The position numbers and the translations under genes are program-made. From the NCBI GenBank assembly GCA_030141605.1, contig JAQGDQ010000094.1, positions 372,001 through 436,000 of the forward strand: a stretch of 64,000 bases of DNA, in the 5' to 3' direction. The first letter of the stretch is position 1. Every line of letters starts with the position of its first letter. Source of the DNA: Tubiluchus corallicola (Eukaryota; Animalia; Priapulida). The notes beneath the pieces are model-generated. The model searched no databases. It was given only the letters and a program-made list of their open reading frames with translations, and was not told the origin of the DNA. Positions 48,501 through 64,000 of this stretch are shown in pieces.

Positions 48501-50274
48501 AGCGGAGAAATTAAAAATAATGAGATAATTCAGAATTTGAAATACACATTGAATGAACACGTAATTTACTAGTTACATAACATATTACAGTTTGCTGTAG
48601 GCTATAATAGTTTGGTGGTAGAGAATGAGTGTGATCACTACTAAGTCTTGGGTTCAAATTTTCATTGAGTCAGTTTTTTATCATTTTCTGTTTGTCTTTA
48701 ACAAATCAGAGCCTGGGTTTACTGATTAGCAGGTTTGGTAATTAGATACCTGGCACTGATTAGAGTTGCTAGGTTTTGTTAATCGTAACATCTTTTGCTA
48801 CTTGCTTGTAAAATAGCCTAGGAGTTTTTCATGATGTTGTTATCGTAGGCTTACTCGTTATTTGACTGATTGGTAGAAACCAAAAGATGAATGTACAATG
48901 CACATTTGCAGTGAATTGTTCTTTTAAAATCACTTTTGTATGTAGAAGAGACATTTCCTGCAGAATTTTTAGCTTTAGGTCCAGTTTTCTCTGTTTCGCT
49001 CTGTGATTTTAATATACTTAGTTTTGTCTTTGAAAAGCCTTGAACATTTTTTAAGGAAAAGTACCTGGCCTTGTACTCAGAGGTAATCTGAAGATTAACA
49101 GCGAGAGTGCATTGACATTGCATTTTATGTTCCTTTTAGGTTTCGGGTGTCGATGTGGACTTTGAGTTCATCCGTGACACATGGTTCCAAGTTTATCGCC
49201 TTCATTTCCTCAATACAGCCATTCAGAAAGCTGGAGATTGCAGAAAGGGATTTTTTCACTATCAACAGGGTTACACGGAGCAAGGACTCGAATGTCACGA
49301 TATTGTTCTGTTTTGGAGAATACAGAGAATGTTACAGATTACTAGTAATGCATTACGTCAACAGGTAGGAGCAGCATTTTCATTCTGTTGCATGATTACC
49401 TTTTCCACAATCAATTTTTTGTCGAATAAACAACATATTTCGGAAATTCAAAGTCAACTTTTTTTCTAATTGAACAGACCTACTTGCTGTAGATGAATAT
49501 CTCATTATCGAAGAAAATTCTGTAAGGTGAGACAGTGAACTAGGAGGGCAGAGCTAACAGTCAGATGTGTAATGTGTACATCCTTCCTCAATGAGGTGAA
49601 TGCTAAGGACAGTTTTCTAGATGGTCACACATCCGCTGAGTGACTAACGTCACCATTGTTTAATTTCACTCGCTAACCTCAATATGTGACAACTTGGCTA
49701 TTCTCGTTATGCTAACTAAAACTGCCTTGTACTGTCTTGGCAACGCATTACACAGTTATTTTGCTGTGCTAATGATTTCATTCTAAGCAAGCATTAAACA
49801 ATAAATTACTATAGCAAGAGACAGACTTTTTTAATAAAATAGTGTCAGTTTTTCAGCTCCACAGGTTCATACTAAACCAAAAGCAACATCAAAATAGGTT
49901 TGAAAAACTCTTCACTTCCTTTTAAAAAGAAACATATTTTAATAAGCTTGCAGAGGAAGCTAAACAATACAGCTGCAGAAAAAATACCACAAGTTTGAAT
50001 TAGCAAGTCCTGTCACACATCTCACGCGGAGTGCACACATCACACATTGTGTTTTTATTTGAATACTTTTCAAATCTTGTAGGTGATGAGTACTGAGGCA
50101 AGACGTTTAGAGAAGGAAATAAAACAAGTGCTAGAGGATGTCAGTCAAGATAAAGAGCGAAAAGAACAACTTCTCACTGGTAGAAGAGTTACTCTTGCTG
50201 AAGATCTGAAAAAAGTGCGGCAAATTCAAGAAAAATTAGAGGAATTCATTGAACAATTAAACAAGGAAAAATAA
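45588..50274 (+). CDS. OPA1: dynamin-like mitochondrial GTPase OPA1 (4 coding exons)
   Basis: Exons 45588-48001, 48214-48421, 49140-49364, 50083-50274. [14 protein letters not shown] segment, [21 protein letters not shown]-loop, DLPG, TKVD, C-terminal [21 protein letters not shown]. An acceptor at 45372 implies an upstream UTR exon. Confidence 0.97.
48600..48672 (+). mobile_element. degenerate tRNA-derived SINE head
   Basis: A-box-like TAGTTTGGTGG and B-box-like GGTTCAAATT; no intact cloverleaf. Confidence 0.35.
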
Positions 50275-51490
50275 CATATAGTGTAATTAACTGTCTCAAC
50301 ACGCATACACGTGATCAAAGCTCAAGTATAGACATGTGGAAAGATAATTCAGTGTTTAGCAACATATTGTCTTTTCCAAGAATTATTCGAATGTTGAAGA
50401 ACTCATTTATGCACGTTTTCAGTTCTTGACTTAGCATAGCTTTGCCTTAAGCTAAATTTGCTATCTAGCTGAGTGAAATTACTGTGATTTGTCACTTTAG
50501 CAATGAATTTAAAATATTCTGTTGTGCATACATGTAACAGCCTAAGCTGAAACTTATTTCTGTCAAAAGGTAAGAACTAGTCTAGATTCATTTGAATTTA
50601 TACAGATTTTAACAATTTTTTAAAAGGTATTTATCATTATAGACAATGTTGATATGCAACATTAAATACATTAGGTTATTACATAATTCAGTGTTGTTTA
50701 TTTGACAGTTGTGATTGAATAGCTACTAAACGTGGTCTATTAAATTTTGAGTGTATTTTGATGAATCCCATTCGTTGAAACAAATGAACACAGATGTTTA
50801 TAGAAAATAGTGATATAATCATACAAACACTACCTAAAATTTTAACAACTGAAGATTCTAATTTTATTTTAGTCACCAATATTGACATGAAATATTACTT
50901 AGGTTTAGAAATTACACCACAATTGTTAAACATATACAGAGTAAGAAGTTTGCATAAACCATATAGAAGCCATTTCAGTGTGAAATTAAAGTACGAACAA
51001 GTGCACCATTCGCACAAAAATGCTATACCGCATTTGCAGAAAAGTCCATACTTGAGCAAAAATCTGGCTTGTCAAAACTCTTGATGCCGTCGTTCAATAC
51101 AACAAAAATTACGATCTCATAGTCGTGTCCGACATATCAATGGGAACTCAACCAATGACTATCTTTTATTATCAGTCATGTCTTAAAGGGCATAAAACCA
51201 GTAGTACGCCTTACATTTCATGTAACAGAATCTGTATTTTAAACAATATTCCTGAAGATACCATATTCTTGTATACTTATATATATATATACTGAAGTCA
51301 GCTGTTGCTTCTACAGATTGCTCATGTTTCATCAAGAAGTTCATCAATGCATGGCATTACCAACTGGTATTTTTATATCTGTATCCTTGCAAGAGAAAAA
51401 TAGTTTCATAAGTCTCTACTTTAGGGTGAACACAGCTTTATTTATACAACACGCGAATATTTACACAAAGCAAAAATGCAAGTCAAGTCC

Positions 51491-62632
<11,142 letters not shown>

Positions 62633-63149
62633 GGCGATTTTTAAGTTTGCGCAGGGCAAAACGCGCACGTTTTAATTTAAATGTAGCTGCGAATTCGGTA
62701 TTCCAAATTCGGGCTAAATTCTACAGTCTGTGCACTTCTTCTGATAATAACTTGTTTCAAGCTGGTCAGGAAAACGTAACTAATTGCGTTTGTTTTCCCA
62801 TTAAACTGATTCTGTACAAAAAATATAAAGTAATAATAATTATAATTTCTTAAATAGTTTAGAATTGAAGGCCAAATTTACGTGGGCTTCATGCTGTAAT
62901 TTTTACCGTGATTCGTGAAAAACAGAAAATTTGTACATTATTGTTACATCTAATTTGGTTTCGGACACGGAAATTAAGACATTATATCAACAGGCGTATG
63001 GTATCGGCTTTTTTATTCCAAAAATAATTCCGATTTCTTAAAACTTCTGTTTCGTGAAATTAAGTTCCACAAAATTACAACAAAAATTTAATCTTGTGTA
63101 CAAAAGGTTCTATGTTATTATGCCACCACAAGAATTGTAAGTCGAAATG

Positions 63150-64000
63150 GCAACATCAGTTTTCAAACTAAAATTTTTGTTTTGAGGTCAATCTACTTAG
63201 ATAAAAAAAGACCGTCTAGCGTTTTTCCACAGTTAAAGAGTAAGTAAGAATCTTTATTTATCACCTTTTTACAAGAAAAACAAAATCATTTGCACTAATT
63301 TTGTACTTGGAATCAGACTGCATCTGATATAATTTTACATACCATGAATGGTGAATTCATCTGGGTCATTATCTTCATTAGCAGCACACAATAGATCAGA
63401 GTAGAAAGAGACCGTATTAGTAAGATTCAGCAGTTCAGTCTGGTCACCCAGTGCATCAAAAAACTCATCCTCAGTTAGACTTTGATAAGGTAGTATGCTG
63501 TTAATACACTGCAAACAGAAAAAGGAATCGTTAGTGTTCGTTAGTAGAGCAAACTCATTATTGGATAATAAAGTGCAATTTCCGTGTATCCTATTTTTGG
63601 AGATATCACAAAAAATTGCACTTTGATTTATTCGGCATGGTTTATTGTAAGAAATGCAAGGGTAACGAATTACCATAATTCTGATAAAAAAACTAAGGTA
63701 TATCTCTGCTTATTTACGTGTTAAATGAAACAATGAGGATTGACAATTTATCTTAATTTATTCAAGTCGGCTTCAGTCTTAATTTCAAAAGGCTCACATT
63801 CATCATTAACTTTTAAGTAGATACGTCCTTGATTAGTCCAAACTGATTTGTACTTTTTGAGTTTCTTAAGTGCTAGGCACTTGGTAAACAGGTCTTTTCT
63901 GCACCTTGTTAGACATTCGTTGATAAAGATTTTGCCATTTTTAAGAATGCTTAGCTTATGAAGGTCTGGCATTTTCATTTGGGATCTGTAAAACATGTCT
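63150..64000 (-). mobile_element. LINE fragment: ORF1 C-terminus (L1-ORF1/FP25K-like) followed by ORF2 N-terminal PHD finger (Crack/CR1 group)
   Basis: KIFINECLTRCRKDLF...YKSVWTNQGRIYLK (63748-63996) and degenerate PHD C..C..AIFCD..IHGNC..FFCLQC (63335-63676). Confidence 0.7.

Noticed and set aside
48600-48672. tRNA gene
   Set aside because: Only degenerate A and B boxes, with no acceptor or anticodon stems.

Overview
AT-rich eukaryotic (invertebrate animal) nuclear DNA, not prokaryotic. By hand-tracing GT-AG splice sites in consistent phases I reconstructed four complete intron-containing housekeeping genes: PEX13 (+, 14299-26871), N-myristoyltransferase NMT (-, 29371-40293), OPA1 (+, 45588-50274) and PSMC5/Rpt6 (-, 51491-62632). 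The 5' end of a probable ATAD2-family gene (-) runs off the left edge. Introns and intergenic DNA are packed with transposons. Highlights: (1) a near full-length LINE (about 5350-11305) whose ORF1 carries an SGNH esterase and whose ORF2 opens with a 300-codon hydrophobic, membrane-protein-like leader joined to the APE-RT by a 2A-like stop-go motif (LLLILGGIETNPGP); (2) a TSD-flanked Penelope-like insertion in a PEX13 intron carrying two minimal hammerhead ribozyme cores in inverted orientation; (3) a non-autonomous DNA transposon with 40-bp perfect TIRs and arrays of nested palindromes; (4) an OPA1 gene with a 2.4-kb coding exon and coding introns only in its 3' part. Family and clade assignments come from remembered motifs, not database searches.
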